Position numbers and translations under genes: made by a program
The notes under the pieces: model-generated
Databases searched by the model: none
What the model was told of the DNA's origin: nothing
The model's input: only the letters and a program-made list of their open reading frames with translations
Virus record (IMG/VR): IMGVR_UViG_2862611759_000001
Length of the DNA stretch: 64,000 nt
Reading direction: 5' to 3' (one strand)
Source: a virus
Taxonomy: Duplodnaviria > Caudoviricetes
Shown here: piece by piece, positions 1 to 8,790 of the stretch
Numbering within the stretch: position 1 is the first letter of the stretch
Layout: every line of letters begins with the position of its first letter

Positions 1-252
1 CAGCTCCAGACGGGTGCCGTCGAGGGAGAAGCCGGTCGTGGCGATGTGCAGGGCGGTGCCGTCGAAGCCCTTGTCGCCGATGACCAGGTTGGATCCGCCG
101 CCGATGACGAGCAGCGGCGTGCCGGAGGCGTCGGCCTCGCGGACGGCGGCGATCACCTCGTCGTCCGTGGTGGCGGTGACGAGCCGGGTGGCGGGCCCGC
201 CGAGCCTGAAGGTCGTCAGCGGGGCGAGGAGGGCGTTGTTCTGTACCTGCAC
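1..252 (-). CDS. murB: UDP-N-acetylenolpyruvoylglucosamine reductase, 5' part (runs off window)
   Basis: Manual minus-strand translation from GTG at 252: MQVQNNALLAPLTTFRLGGPATRLVTATTDDEVIAAVREADASGTPLLVIGGGSNLVIGDKGFDG. It carries the MurB motifs TTFRLGGPA and GGGSNL. Not in the ORF track because it is truncated. Confidence 0.93.
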   Translation of the reverse strand, partial: MQVQNNALLAPLTTFRLGGPATRLVTATTDDEVIAAVREADASGTPLLVIGGGSNLVIGDKGFDGTALHIATTGFSLDGTRLEL

Positions 253-270
253 CCGCCACACCCTACGTGC
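253..270 (-). promoter_or_regulatory. Putative -10 element (TAGGGT) for a leaderless murB transcript
   Basis: Minus strand reads cacgTAGGGTgtggcggGTG: a TAnnnT hexamer 7 nt before the start codon, with no Shine-Dalgarno sequence. Confidence 0.55.
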
Positions 271-397
271 CGCACCGCTACGGGCCGCAGATGCAGGTCA
301 GGAGGCGTGAGCCCGGTCACATCAGGAGAGGGGCGGCAGACTCCCGAGCGGCCGCCCGGCGCCGTCGGGATGCCCGGCCGCCAGTCGCTTCAGTCGT

Positions 398-1114
398 TCA
401 GGCGAGCCCCTTGCCGTTGTCGACGTGCCGGGCGCGAGGGACTCCCGCGTAGCGGGATGACTGGCCGCCGGGCGCCCCACGCATCATCCGCTCGGCATCG
501 GCGCGCCGCTCTTCGACGTCGCTGACCGGATTCACCTCCGTCCAATACACGTCGAGCATCGTGCGAAGCGACACCTGGTCCTGATCCGGCCCGGTGGGCA
601 CCGTGAGCTGGTCCAGGACTCGCCAGAGTTCGTAGTCCTGCTGCTCGGCAACGCCGCCAGCGCGGGCGTGAGCGGCCTGATGCTTGCTCACTGCGAGGGC
701 GAGGAGGCGGAGAGTGTTGCGCTGGGCACCGAAGCTTCGGTCGCCTGCGGATCGGTTCTGGTCCCTCATGATCCGAGCGATCTCGGAGAGGGCCTTCTGC
801 ATCGTCTGGTGGAAGTTGCCAGCGCGGGATCGCCAGCTCTCGTATTCGGCGCGCGTCTCGAACCAATCCCGCTTGCCCTCATAGCCGCGGGCGAGACATT
901 CCTGCTGAAAGACCTCCCGCTCCGCCTTCCGCTTGCGCAGGGCGTGGGCGGTGCGCTGGTGCTTGGCTGCCGCGACGGACTGGGTGCGGCGGATGTTGTC
1001 GGGATGGGTCAGCCCGGCCCAGACGTCGGGGTCGCGGACGGGCGGGTGTACGTGGGCGAGGAGTAACTCCTCGAAGGCTTCGTCGTCGAGCGCGGTGATC
1101 TGACGAGCGTCCAT
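398..1114 (-). CDS. Hypothetical protein (helical, 238 aa)
   Basis: ORF 398..1285; ATG at 1114 (MDARQITAL) preceded by GGAGG. Confidence 0.75.
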   Translation of the reverse strand: MDARQITALDDEAFEELLLAHVHPPVRDPDVWAGLTHPDNIRRTQSVAAAKHQRTAHALRKRKAEREVFQQECLARGYEGKRDWFETRAEYESWRSRAGNFHQTMQKALSEIARIMRDQNRSAGDRSFGAQRNTLRLLALAVSKHQAAHARAGGVAEQQDYELWRVLDQLTVPTGPDQDQVSLRTMLDVYWTEVNPVSDVEERRADAERMMRGAPGGQSSRYAGVPRARHVDNGKGLA

Positions 1115-1294
1115 GAACTGGCCTCCAAGCCGGTCTTGGGCGAATAGTCCCATCTTCCCGTCCCAGGAGGGCCTGCGGCGGCCGATTGGCGAACTGCGGC
1201 CGTTCAAGGGCTGTCTGAGGCCACCAGTCGCCAGAGCGAGGACGGCTAGGAAGGTGGGCGTACGGGCATCACGCCGTACGCCCACCTCACCAGG

Positions 1295-2770
1295 TCAGAA
1301 CGGCGCATCCGAGCTGTAGGCGGCGAGCCCCGGGTTCTGGGCGGCGAACTCCGCGCGCAGCCGGGCGTCCTCAGCATCTACCTGCACGGCAGCAGCTTGC
1401 TGCTCGGCCCGGCGGGCGTCCTCCATGTCCCACTGCCCGACCAGGTCAGCACCTGCCGCTGCAGCTTCCTGTTTCTCCTGGCAGTCGTCACACAGGGCGC
1501 GCCCCGCCCGGACGGACCGGGTGCAGTAAGGGCCGGTGCAGTCCTCCAAGAGCGGCTTCGACGGCGCCACGGGGGCCCGCTGCGGCGGCACTGGCGGCTT
1601 CTCCCCGCTAGGGGGCCGGTTCCGCTGCTGCGCGGCCTTCCAGTCGGCGATTCGGACCGCGCACAGGCGGCAGTCCTCCTCTACGCCCGTGACCTTCACG
1701 CGGCCGTTCTCGCACCCGGCGTCGGCACAGGCGTACTTGTCTCCCCGGCGCAGCGGCCGGACGAGGGCCACGACGGTGCCAACCGGGTTCCGCAGCTGGC
1801 CGGCAGCGACCTTCTCGGCGAAGCCGTGGTGCAGCCAGCGGTACAGGATCCGCTGCCCCATTTCCTCGACGCTCCGCCCGTCCGCGGCCATCGCCGACAG
1901 AATCGCGTCGGCGACGACGGGAAGGCGGACCTGGTCGACGGGCAGCTCAGGCGGCAGGAACGCGAGGACCTGTTCGACCGTGGCCCGCTCGGCGCGGCTG
2001 TGCCGCTTCCCGCCGGCCGCCGCCTTCTTCGTCGAGGGGGAGCGCTGGGTCTTGCCGGACGCGGCGGAGCCGCCTTCGTCCCCAGCAGCCCTACTACCGG
2101 TAGACGAAGGGCTACGCCCGTCCACGGGGCTACGCCCCGACAGGGGCATCCCGTCTTCGCTCTTAGTTTCAGAGAGAACAGTCTTCTTCCTTATATGAGC
2201 CGCCGGGTGACCGACGGTCGGTGGACCGACCGTCGGTGAGCCGTAGGTCGGTCGCGAGTCACCCTCTGGCCAGGGCTCGGCGTTCTCCCTGGTCGCACCG
2301 ACCGACGGGATTCCCGCACCCGGTCGCGACCAGCCCGCCCCGTTCTTGTTCGGGTCCAGGTGCTCCGGCTCGATCCGGTGCGACTTCACGTTCCCGCCGT
2401 CATAGATCTCCGCCAGCATGGCGCTCACGTCCTCGGCCGTGAAGGCGAACGAGTCGACGCTGAACGTCGTGTACCAGGAGCCCCCGCGCTTCGCGACGAG
2501 CTCCCCGTCCTCCTCGACCATCTCGGAGGCGGCCCGCTGCAGCTTGAACTTCACGACGAACGCCTTCTCCACGAGCATTCGCATTGCTTTGGTCAGGGCC
2601 TCACGGCCCTCGACGTGCGTCTTGCACAGGCCCTCGACGGTCACATCCTCGCCGTCACGCGCGCGGATCAGCTTCGTCAACAGGCCCGTCGCCAAGACCG
2701 ACGGCAACGCGTCGATCGCCGTGTTCTCGACCGCCGCGAAACGGTTCGGCCTCGATGCTCGCTTCCTCAT
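1295..2770 (-). CDS. Phage replication initiator / replisome organiser-like protein (N-terminal wHTH, C-terminal Cys clusters)
   Basis: N-terminus FAAVENTAIDALPSVLATGLLTKL...VEGLC...GREALTKAMRML is typical of lambda-O-like initiators; internal PTVG repeats; CxxxC and CxxC motifs. Confidence 0.65.
   Translation of the reverse strand: MRKRASRPNRFAAVENTAIDALPSVLATGLLTKLIRARDGEDVTVEGLCKTHVEGREALTKAMRMLVEKAFVVKFKLQRAASEMVEEDGELVAKRGGSWYTTFSVDSFAFTAEDVSAMLAEIYDGGNVKSHRIEPEHLDPNKNGAGWSRPGAGIPSVGATRENAEPWPEGDSRPTYGSPTVGPPTVGHPAAHIRKKTVLSETKSEDGMPLSGRSPVDGRSPSSTGSRAAGDEGGSAASGKTQRSPSTKKAAAGGKRHSRAERATVEQVLAFLPPELPVDQVRLPVVADAILSAMAADGRSVEEMGQRILYRWLHHGFAEKVAAGQLRNPVGTVVALVRPLRRGDKYACADAGCENGRVKVTGVEEDCRLCAVRIADWKAAQQRNRPPSGEKPPVPPQRAPVAPSKPLLEDCTGPYCTRSVRAGRALCDDCQEKQEAAAAGADLVGQWDMEDARRAEQQAAAVQVDAEDARLRAEFAAQNPGLAAYSSDAPF
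2109..2252. repeat. Iteron-like repeats plus AT-rich patch inside the initiator gene (candidate origin)
   Basis: GGGCTACGCCC at 2109 and 2127; AT-rich 2162-2197; ACCGACGGTCGGT, ACCGACCGTCGGT and GCCGTAGGTCGGT at 2210, 2225 and 2240 (15-bp period). Confidence 0.55.
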
Positions 2771-2992
2771 CGCAGGCCTCCAGCAAACGGCTGGCTCACT
2801 CGGCGCAGTGCGCCGCTTCTGGTGGGCTCCACCGGTGATCCGGGTACAGTCATCCCGTAGACCTGACTTTCACGAGGTGGGTCTTGGTGCAGCGGGCGAC
2901 CACCCGCTGTTGTGCTTCGAAGGCCGGTGAGCTGTGAACTCGCCGGCCTTCGGCATGTCTGGGCTGGCGTATCGCGCGCCAGACGGGCCGGT

Positions 2993-3274
2993 TCACTGGG
3001 TGCTGCGGGGTGCTCTGTCCGGGCCCCGCCCCTTCGGCGGGTGGCTGCGGAAGTAGTCCAGGAACGGCTTGGTGGCCATGACGCGGGCGTTGCCGACCTT
3101 CTCGTACGGGTGCGGCTTGCCTTCGCCGAAGGGCCATTCCTGGTTGTCCTGGCGAGCGATGTACCGAACGCCGTCGGGGGTGATGCTGGTTGCGATCCCT
3201 TGCTCGACGAGGAGCTCGGCGCCCGTCTTGAAGGTGACGAAAGAGGGCAGGTCAGACCTGCCGCCGGGGGTCAC
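2993..3274 (-). CDS. Small DNA-binding protein (excisionase/HTH-like)
   Basis: 93 aa with RBS AAGGA; VTFKTGAELLVEQG...GVRYIAR...WPF pattern and basic tail. Confidence 0.55.
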   Translation of the reverse strand: MTPGGRSDLPSFVTFKTGAELLVEQGIATSITPDGVRYIARQDNQEWPFGEGKPHPYEKVGNARVMATKPFLDYFRSHPPKGRGPDRAPRSTQ

Positions 3275-3481
3275 AGCGAGTCCTTACGGGACGCTGGATT
3301 ACTTCGATGTCTCAGAAGAAGTAGGCTCATGGAGACGGCCTTCCTGATGAGGGTTGGTGCGTCATTGCTGCCGATTTCGCAGATCGGTGGTGCAAGGACG
3401 GCCGGGTGGGGTCGGTAGCCCCTCCGGCCGTTCGCCGTCCTGGATGGAGTCCAGGACTGAACGGTCAGTGCCGCAGCACGG

Positions 3482-4252
3482 TCATGCCTGGTGCCTTCCG
3501 GGAAGAGGCAGTGCCTCGTAGACGAGATCCATCCGGTCTCCCGCGGCAACTACACGGAGCAGCTCCAGCGGGCGACCAGCGTTGTCGCGACTGATCCTTT
3601 CAACCGTGAGCACGGGCAGGGCAAGCCCTGTGCCGAGCTGTGCTCCCTCCTCCTTCGTGGGCATCCGGGCCCCGACGCGCTCGTCGGCCTCAGCTGGCGC
3701 CATTCCTGCAGCGGCCAGCGCTCCGTAGACGCCGCCTGTCACCTTGCCCGGCTGGTCCAGGCCGGCTGCCTGCGCCACGTCGAGCGGGTACCAGGCCTGC
3801 TGGAACTGGACGACCTGCTCCTCTATGTGCGCCTCACGACGCCGGCAGACCAAGGCGTCTTCGGACTCGAGGCCCAGCAGGGCCGCGACATCCGGGGCAC
3901 GCACCTGCTCCACCGACACGGTCTTCATGACGCCCCTCAACCCCTGCGCCTCGCAGGCGGCTTCGAAGGGGCCGAGCTGGCCATCTGAGTCCAGCGAGCC
4001 TTGGTAGCGGCTCAGCGGTATCCGGACGGGTCGCCTATCTCGGACGACGGTTCCGTAGCGACGTCGCACTACGACCAGCCCTTCCTGCGCGAGCACGTCA
4101 ACGGCAGCCCTGACGGTCTGCTTCGACACGCCGAACCGCTCCACCAGGTCGTCGGTGAACGGCAACTTCTTGCCGGGCGGGAGTTCTCCGCTTTCGATCT
4201 GGGCGCGCAGCTCGTCCGCGATGTCGCGGTACTTCGGCTGGGGCTTCGGCAT
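3482..4252 (-). CDS. GntR/HutC-family (KorSA-like) transcriptional repressor with UTRA domain
   Basis: KYRDIADELRAQIESGELPPGKKLP...FGVSKQTVRAAVDVLAQEGLVVVRRRYGTVV, followed by a UTRA-type C-terminus; divergent from the spread/transfer operon. Confidence 0.92.
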   Translation of the reverse strand: MPKPQPKYRDIADELRAQIESGELPPGKKLPFTDDLVERFGVSKQTVRAAVDVLAQEGLVVVRRRYGTVVRDRRPVRIPLSRYQGSLDSDGQLGPFEAACEAQGLRGVMKTVSVEQVRAPDVAALLGLESEDALVCRRREAHIEEQVVQFQQAWYPLDVAQAAGLDQPGKVTGGVYGALAAAGMAPAEADERVGARMPTKEEGAQLGTGLALPVLTVERISRDNAGRPLELLRVVAAGDRMDLVYEALPLPGRHQA

Positions 4253-4293
4253 CCGGTCCTCCTCTCTAATCACGAGACTATTCGCCGCCTAGC

Positions 4294-4325
4294 TTGACAC
4301 GCAAGTCTAGTCCTAGGAATATTGA
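4294..4325 (+). promoter_or_regulatory. Promoter of rightward transfer operon with overlapping operator-like CTAG motifs
   Basis: TTGACA at 4294-4299 followed by gtctagtcctaggaatat; TCCTAGGA palindrome at 4311-4318. Confidence 0.6.
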
Positions 4326-4432
4326 GTTGTGCCGCTGAGGATCCCTCAGAAGCACAACGGTCCCTGGTGGTTGCACACCAGGGACCGCGAAGCAGACCAG
4401 CCCTACCTGCCACACAGGAGGCCAGATCCGCC

Positions 4433-4867
4433 ATGAATCAGGATCGCACGAAGACCCCCACCTCCATCTACACCGCCTCCCACGGCGCGGCTGAGGCCCT
4501 GCGCCGAGCGCGGCTGGACGACGCGAACGTGGCCCGTCCGGCGCGTCGGACGCTCGCTGAGATGGCCCCCGGTTTCGAGCGGCAGCCGGTGCTGCGTCTC
4601 GCCCCGGCGGTCGAGCGGTCCGAGGTCGACGCGGCCCGCGCCGCTGTCCGACGGCTGACCACCTACGTCGAGTCGCCCAGCTTCCAGAGCGTGCCGTGCG
4701 AGACGCAGGCCGCCGCGCTGGACAACCTCCGGTTCGAGAAGAAGCGGCTGGCGAAGCTGACCGCGAGCAACGAGCGCTGCCCGATCTGCGACATGTGGCT
4801 GTGCCCCGGGACGTGCGGCGGCTTCACCCCGTCCGGCCCGGCCTCCGCCTCGAAGGTCGTGGCGTGA
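4433..4867 (+). CDS. Hypothetical protein with C-terminal Cys cluster
   Basis: ATG at 4433 after AGGAGG; CPICDMWLCPGTC motif. Confidence 0.7.
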   Translation: MNQDRTKTPTSIYTASHGAAEALRRARLDDANVARPARRTLAEMAPGFERQPVLRLAPAVERSEVDAARAAVRRLTTYVESPSFQSVPCETQAAALDNLRFEKKRLAKLTASNERCPICDMWLCPGTCGGFTPSGPASASKVVA

Positions 4868-5046
4868 TGGCAGCGGGCGCGGAGTACGACGAGCTGGACC
4901 CGCTGCTGGTCGCTGCGATCGAGGACCACTTCGCCGCCGTCGACCCGATCAGCCTCCTCGCGGACGCGCTGAACGGCGCCGACCCGGAGGCCGGTGTCCT
5001 GGCGTACGAGGCGTTCCTGGGTGAGTCGGTGGAGGGGGAGCTGTGA
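4867..5046 (+). CDS. Small acidic hypothetical protein
   Basis: Overlapping stop/start codons at both ends; MAAGAEYDELD. Confidence 0.6.
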   Translation: MAAGAEYDELDPLLVAAIEDHFAAVDPISLLADALNGADPEAGVLAYEAFLGESVEGEL

Positions 5047-5465
5047 TGGCGAAGGGCTCCTACCCCTGGTATCACCGGCCGGGCGAGCTGCAGCCGCCGG
5101 TTGAGGTCGGTGTTCCGCCGCTCGACGACGAGCTCGAAGGCGTCCTCGACGACACCGCCGGGGTCCACCCCGGGGTCGACATGATCCGCGACGGGATCCG
5201 CCTCCTTGCGCTGGACGCCCTGACGGCGGACCAGACGCAGACGATCCTCTCCACGATCGCCGGGAACGGCACCGACCTGCTGGCCGCGTTCGGGCTGCTG
5301 GTGCAGCGGCTGACGAACGCCGACTCGAACCCGGCGCTCGACGGCCTGGACGCGGAGACGGCCAAGCAGGTCGAGCTGTGCGGCGAGCGGTTCGCGTACG
5401 AGCTGGCGGAGTTCGCGCCGCGTGATCACACCGGCGAGGCCGCCGCCCTCATCGACCGCTCCTGA
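5046..5465 (+). CDS. Hypothetical protein
   Basis: ORF track; coupled start; GC3-rich codons. Confidence 0.75.
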   Translation: MAKGSYPWYHRPGELQPPVEVGVPPLDDELEGVLDDTAGVHPGVDMIRDGIRLLALDALTADQTQTILSTIAGNGTDLLAAFGLLVQRLTNADSNPALDGLDAETAKQVELCGERFAYELAEFAPRDHTGEAAALIDRS

Positions 5466-5537
5466 CCCACCCGCACGGCACCACTGGGGCCCGGCAACGG
5501 GCCGGGCCCCGCTCCCGACCACCTGAGAGGGCCCGCC

Positions 5538-5963
5538 ATGTACACCAACTTCGCGCCCAACCCGGCCGACGCCGTCCCCGAGGAGATCCGCATCCAGAGG
5601 CGGCACCTGGAGAGCGGCCGCCGCGTCCTCAGCACCAACCACATCGTCGCCATCCCCGCTGGCCGGTACCAGGGCGTCGGCGGCGCCGTCATCGAGGCCG
5701 ACCTCCAGGTCAAGTTCTCCCGGAAGCGCAAGCATGGCTCCTTCACCGAGATGCAGGACGGCGTCGCCATCGCCGCCCTCGTCCGCTGCGCTGGCAACGG
5801 CTGCGCCGACCAGGAGCACCAGGTGCCCGCCACCGACGCCGTCCCGCTGAGCGCGGACGCCGACGAGGCCTCCGCCGCCGCACTGGCCCCCCTCGCCGCC
5901 GCCCGGAAGTGGGCGCAGCAGCACGCCGAGACGTGCCGCGCGCTCCCGTACAACGGCCGCTGA
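5538..5963 (+). CDS. Hypothetical protein (CxxxxC...HAETC Zn-like motif)
   Basis: RBS GAGAGGG; WAQQHAETCRALP ending common in Streptomyces mobile elements. Confidence 0.75.
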   Translation: MYTNFAPNPADAVPEEIRIQRRHLESGRRVLSTNHIVAIPAGRYQGVGGAVIEADLQVKFSRKRKHGSFTEMQDGVAIAALVRCAGNGCADQEHQVPATDAVPLSADADEASAAALAPLAAARKWAQQHAETCRALPYNGR

Positions 5964-6018
5964 TCAACACCCTCTGACCGCCCTGCCCGCGCCGGACCGC
6001 GCAGAAGGAGCATCCACC

Positions 6019-6318
6019 GTGGACCACACCCCCGAGAAGATCCTCGCCAAGTACGCCGACGACGTCGCGTTCGTCGTCGAAGACAACCCGGTCGTGGACC
6101 TGTGCGACCTCGGCAACCAGCTCCTCGACGCCGTCCACATCTTCAAGCGGAGCGGCATCAACGGCTTCGAGGACATCAGGGACGCCGTCACCTTCATCGA
6201 CGACGCCGAGTGGCGCGCTCCGGACGCCGCCGCGAAGCAGGTGCTGCTGAACCAGGTCGCCGACCGCCTGAAGGACCTGCCGGACATGGTCGCCGAGTAC
6301 CGCCTCGCCGTCGCCTGA
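6019..6318 (+). CDS. Hypothetical protein
   Basis: RBS AAGGAG; ORF track. Confidence 0.75.
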   Translation: MDHTPEKILAKYADDVAFVVEDNPVVDLCDLGNQLLDAVHIFKRSGINGFEDIRDAVTFIDDAEWRAPDAAAKQVLLNQVADRLKDLPDMVAEYRLAVA

Positions 6319-6408
6319 CCACCCTCCCCACGGTGTCCGGCCCGGGAGCCGACAACGGGCCGGACACCACCCCTCTCCCCGAACCAGAGACCTCACCGAA
6401 GGAGCCCC

Positions 6409-6711
6409 ATGTCCTCGCCCATCGCCAACTCCGTCGTCGTCATCGGTACCGCCTCCGCCAGCACCGTCATCGCCACCCAGGTCTGGATGTCCGGCGCCTC
6501 CGTGATGGCGACGGTGTCCGTCGTCGCCCTGGCCGTCGCGAACGTGGCGTGGGCGGTCAACGCCACGCGGCGCAGCGACTCCCCGAGCAGCACCGTGACC
6601 TGCGGCCAGGACGGGTGCGGCGTCCAGATCGAGATGGCTGGCGTCAGCGCGGACGAGCAGGCCCGCCTCACCGCCATCGCCACCGACCACGCCCGCCACG
6701 GCGCCGCCTGA
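6409..6711 (+). CDS. Small membrane protein
   Basis: RBS AAGGAG; two hydrophobic segments. Confidence 0.7.
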   Translation: MSSPIANSVVVIGTASASTVIATQVWMSGASVMATVSVVALAVANVAWAVNATRRSDSPSSTVTCGQDGCGVQIEMAGVSADEQARLTAIATDHARHGAA

Positions 6712-6785
6712 CCGCTGCGGGCGCCCTGGGGCCGGTCTCCCGGCCCCAGGGCTCCCACCGCCACCTGACCCGAGAGGAGCAGCAC

Positions 6786-6977
6786 ATGTCCCAGAAGGAC
6801 ATCGCCGCGGCGCTCGCCGTGGCAGCCGGCCAGCACTTCACCCGAACCCTCGCCGAGCACGGACCCGACAGCCCCGAAGTGCAGGAGGCCGTCGCCCTCG
6901 CGGACAACGCGCTCGACTACGCGGAGGACGCCGGCTGCACGAAGGCCGACTACCAGGCCGCCCGCATCAACCGCTGA
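6786..6977 (+). CDS. Small hypothetical protein
   Basis: GAGGAG RBS; MSQKDIAAALAV. Confidence 0.7.
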   Translation: MSQKDIAAALAVAAGQHFTRTLAEHGPDSPEVQEAVALADNALDYAEDAGCTKADYQAARINR

Positions 6978-7006
6978 CTCCGAGACCAGGAAGGACACCG
7001 ATCACT

Positions 7007-8542
7007 GTGACCATGACCCCGGCCGGCCCCGTGCCGCCCCAGCCCCTGACCATGGGGGAGTGGCAGCCCCTGCCCACCGGCGGGGTCACCACCCCCCGCA
7101 GCTCTGAGCCCGAGCCGCTGTCGATGGTGCAGAAGGTCCTCATCGGGACCGTCGCCGCCGCCGTTCTGACCATCGCGACCCTCGGGTTCATCGGCTCCTA
7201 CACCGCCGTCACCAAGCTCGCCAGGGCGAAGGGCTTCGGTGCGTTCGCAGACGCGTTCCCGGTCGCCGTCGACGCCGGCATCATCGCCTTCCTCGCCCTC
7301 GACCTCCTCCTCACCTGGCGCCGCATCCCCTACCCCCTGCTCCGCCAGACCGCCTGGGGCCTCACCGCGGCGACGATCGCGTTCAACGCCGTCGCCGCCT
7401 GGCCCGACCCGGTCGGCGTCGGCATGCACGGCGTCATCCCGATCCTGTTCGTCATCGCCGTCGAGGCCGCCCGCCACGCAGTGGGCCGGATCGCCGACAT
7501 CACCGCCGACAAGCACATCGAGTCACCGCCCCTGTCCCGCTGGTTCCTCAACCCCTTCAACACCTTCGTCATCTGGCGCCGCCAGCGGCTGTGGGACATC
7601 CGCTCCTACGCCGCCGTCATCGACCTGGAGCGGCAGGCCCGGATCTACCGCGCGCAGCTGCGTAAGCAGCACGGCCGGCGGTGGCGCCGGAAGGCGTCCG
7701 CCGACCAGCTTCTCGTCCTCGACCTCGTCGCCGACGGCATGAGCGTGGAGGAGGCGATCGATCTCCCCTACCAGGAGGAGAAGCGGCAGGCTGAAGCCGA
7801 AGCGAAGCGGCAGGCCGAAGCGAAGGCGAAGGCTGAAGCCGAAGCTGAAGCGAAGCACGCGGCCGAACTCCGCGACGTCGAAGCCGAAGCGAAGCGCCGG
7901 GCCGAACGTGCCGAAGCTGAAGCGGCCGAAGCCGAAGCGAAGTCCCGGGCCGAAGTCGCGGCCGAAGCGGCCCGGCTCGAAGTGGAAGCGAAGCGCCGTG
8001 AAGCCGAAGCGGCGGCCCGGGTGGTCGAAGCCGAAACCGAAGCGAAGCTCGAAGCCATCGCCCGGCGGCGCCGCGAGGCCGAAGCCGAAGCCGAACTGAA
8101 GCAGCGCGAGCAGCAGGGCCGTGCCCGGGAGATGGAGCGGCAGCAGAAGTTCGCGCAGGCCGCAGCCGAAGCCGAAGAGGTTCGACGCCAGGAGCTGGCC
8201 GCCGCGCAGGACCGGGCGCAGCGTGTGGCGGCCGAAGCCCGGACCCGAAGCGCCACTTCGGTTTCGCTTCGGCCCGGGGCCACGGGTTCGGCTTCAGCTT
8301 CGGGTGCCACTTCAGGTTCGGGTGCCGGAGCGGTCGCCCTCGGCGGGCAGCGCTCGAAGCGCGAATCCGAAGTGGAGCAGGTCCTCGCCCGCCTCCTCGA
8401 AGCCGACAGCCCGGAGGCCGTGTCCCTGGAGGACGTGATGAACGACTTCGGGCTGAAGCAGACCACCGCCTACGACCGCCTGAAGTCCGCCCGGGTCCTC
8501 TTCGAGGACGCGAAGCAGACCACCGACACCCGAAGTGCCTGA
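7007..8542 (+). CDS. DUF2637 / SpdB2-like plasmid spread membrane protein (TM helices, coiled coil, C-terminal HTH)
   Basis: Four TM segments with GSY...L and PVAVDAGI motifs; AEA-rich coiled coil; C-terminal SLEDVMNDFGLKQTTAYDRL helix-turn-helix. Confidence 0.8.
   Translation: MTMTPAGPVPPQPLTMGEWQPLPTGGVTTPRSSEPEPLSMVQKVLIGTVAAAVLTIATLGFIGSYTAVTKLARAKGFGAFADAFPVAVDAGIIAFLALDLLLTWRRIPYPLLRQTAWGLTAATIAFNAVAAWPDPVGVGMHGVIPILFVIAVEAARHAVGRIADITADKHIESPPLSRWFLNPFNTFVIWRRQRLWDIRSYAAVIDLERQARIYRAQLRKQHGRRWRRKASADQLLVLDLVADGMSVEEAIDLPYQEEKRQAEAEAKRQAEAKAKAEAEAEAKHAAELRDVEAEAKRRAERAEAEAAEAEAKSRAEVAAEAARLEVEAKRREAEAAARVVEAETEAKLEAIARRRREAEAEAELKQREQQGRAREMERQQKFAQAAAEAEEVRRQELAAAQDRAQRVAAEARTRSATSVSLRPGATGSASASGATSGSGAGAVALGGQRSKRESEVEQVLARLLEADSPEAVSLEDVMNDFGLKQTTAYDRLKSARVLFEDAKQTTDTRSA
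7791..8330. repeat. Dense (G)CCGAAGC-type short repeats that invert orientation near 8255 (candidate clt/TRS)
   Basis: Dozens of CGAAG/CCGAA cores on the top strand over 7791-8250, then TTCGG/CTTCAG cores over 8256-8325. Confidence 0.6.
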
Positions 8543-8559
8543 CCCAGAAGGAGCCCCCG

Positions 8560-8790
8560 ATGTCGAACCCCCCGAAGACCTGGACCGGCACCACCGTCGC
8601 CGAGGCCATCGACCTCCTGGACGCCGCCCGCGGCCTCCTCCTCGCCAAGATGGCCGCCGCGGTCCCCGGAGACGGACACGGCCAGTGGAAGACCCAGAAG
8701 ACCACCCCGGTCATGGTCACCGTCACCCTCGACCACAGCGCGCTCGACGCCCTGATCGACGCCCGCCACAGCACCCCGGCGGCCGACTGA
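8560..8790 (+). CDS. Hypothetical protein
   Basis: RBS AAGGAG; ORF track. Confidence 0.7.
   Translation: MSNPPKTWTGTTVAEAIDLLDAARGLLLAKMAAAVPGDGHGQWKTQKTTPVMVTVTLDHSALDALIDARHSTPAAD

Noticed and set aside
14-525. Plus-strand ORFs 14..310 and 46..525
   Set aside because: Shadow frames of murB, which is clearly encoded on the minus strand
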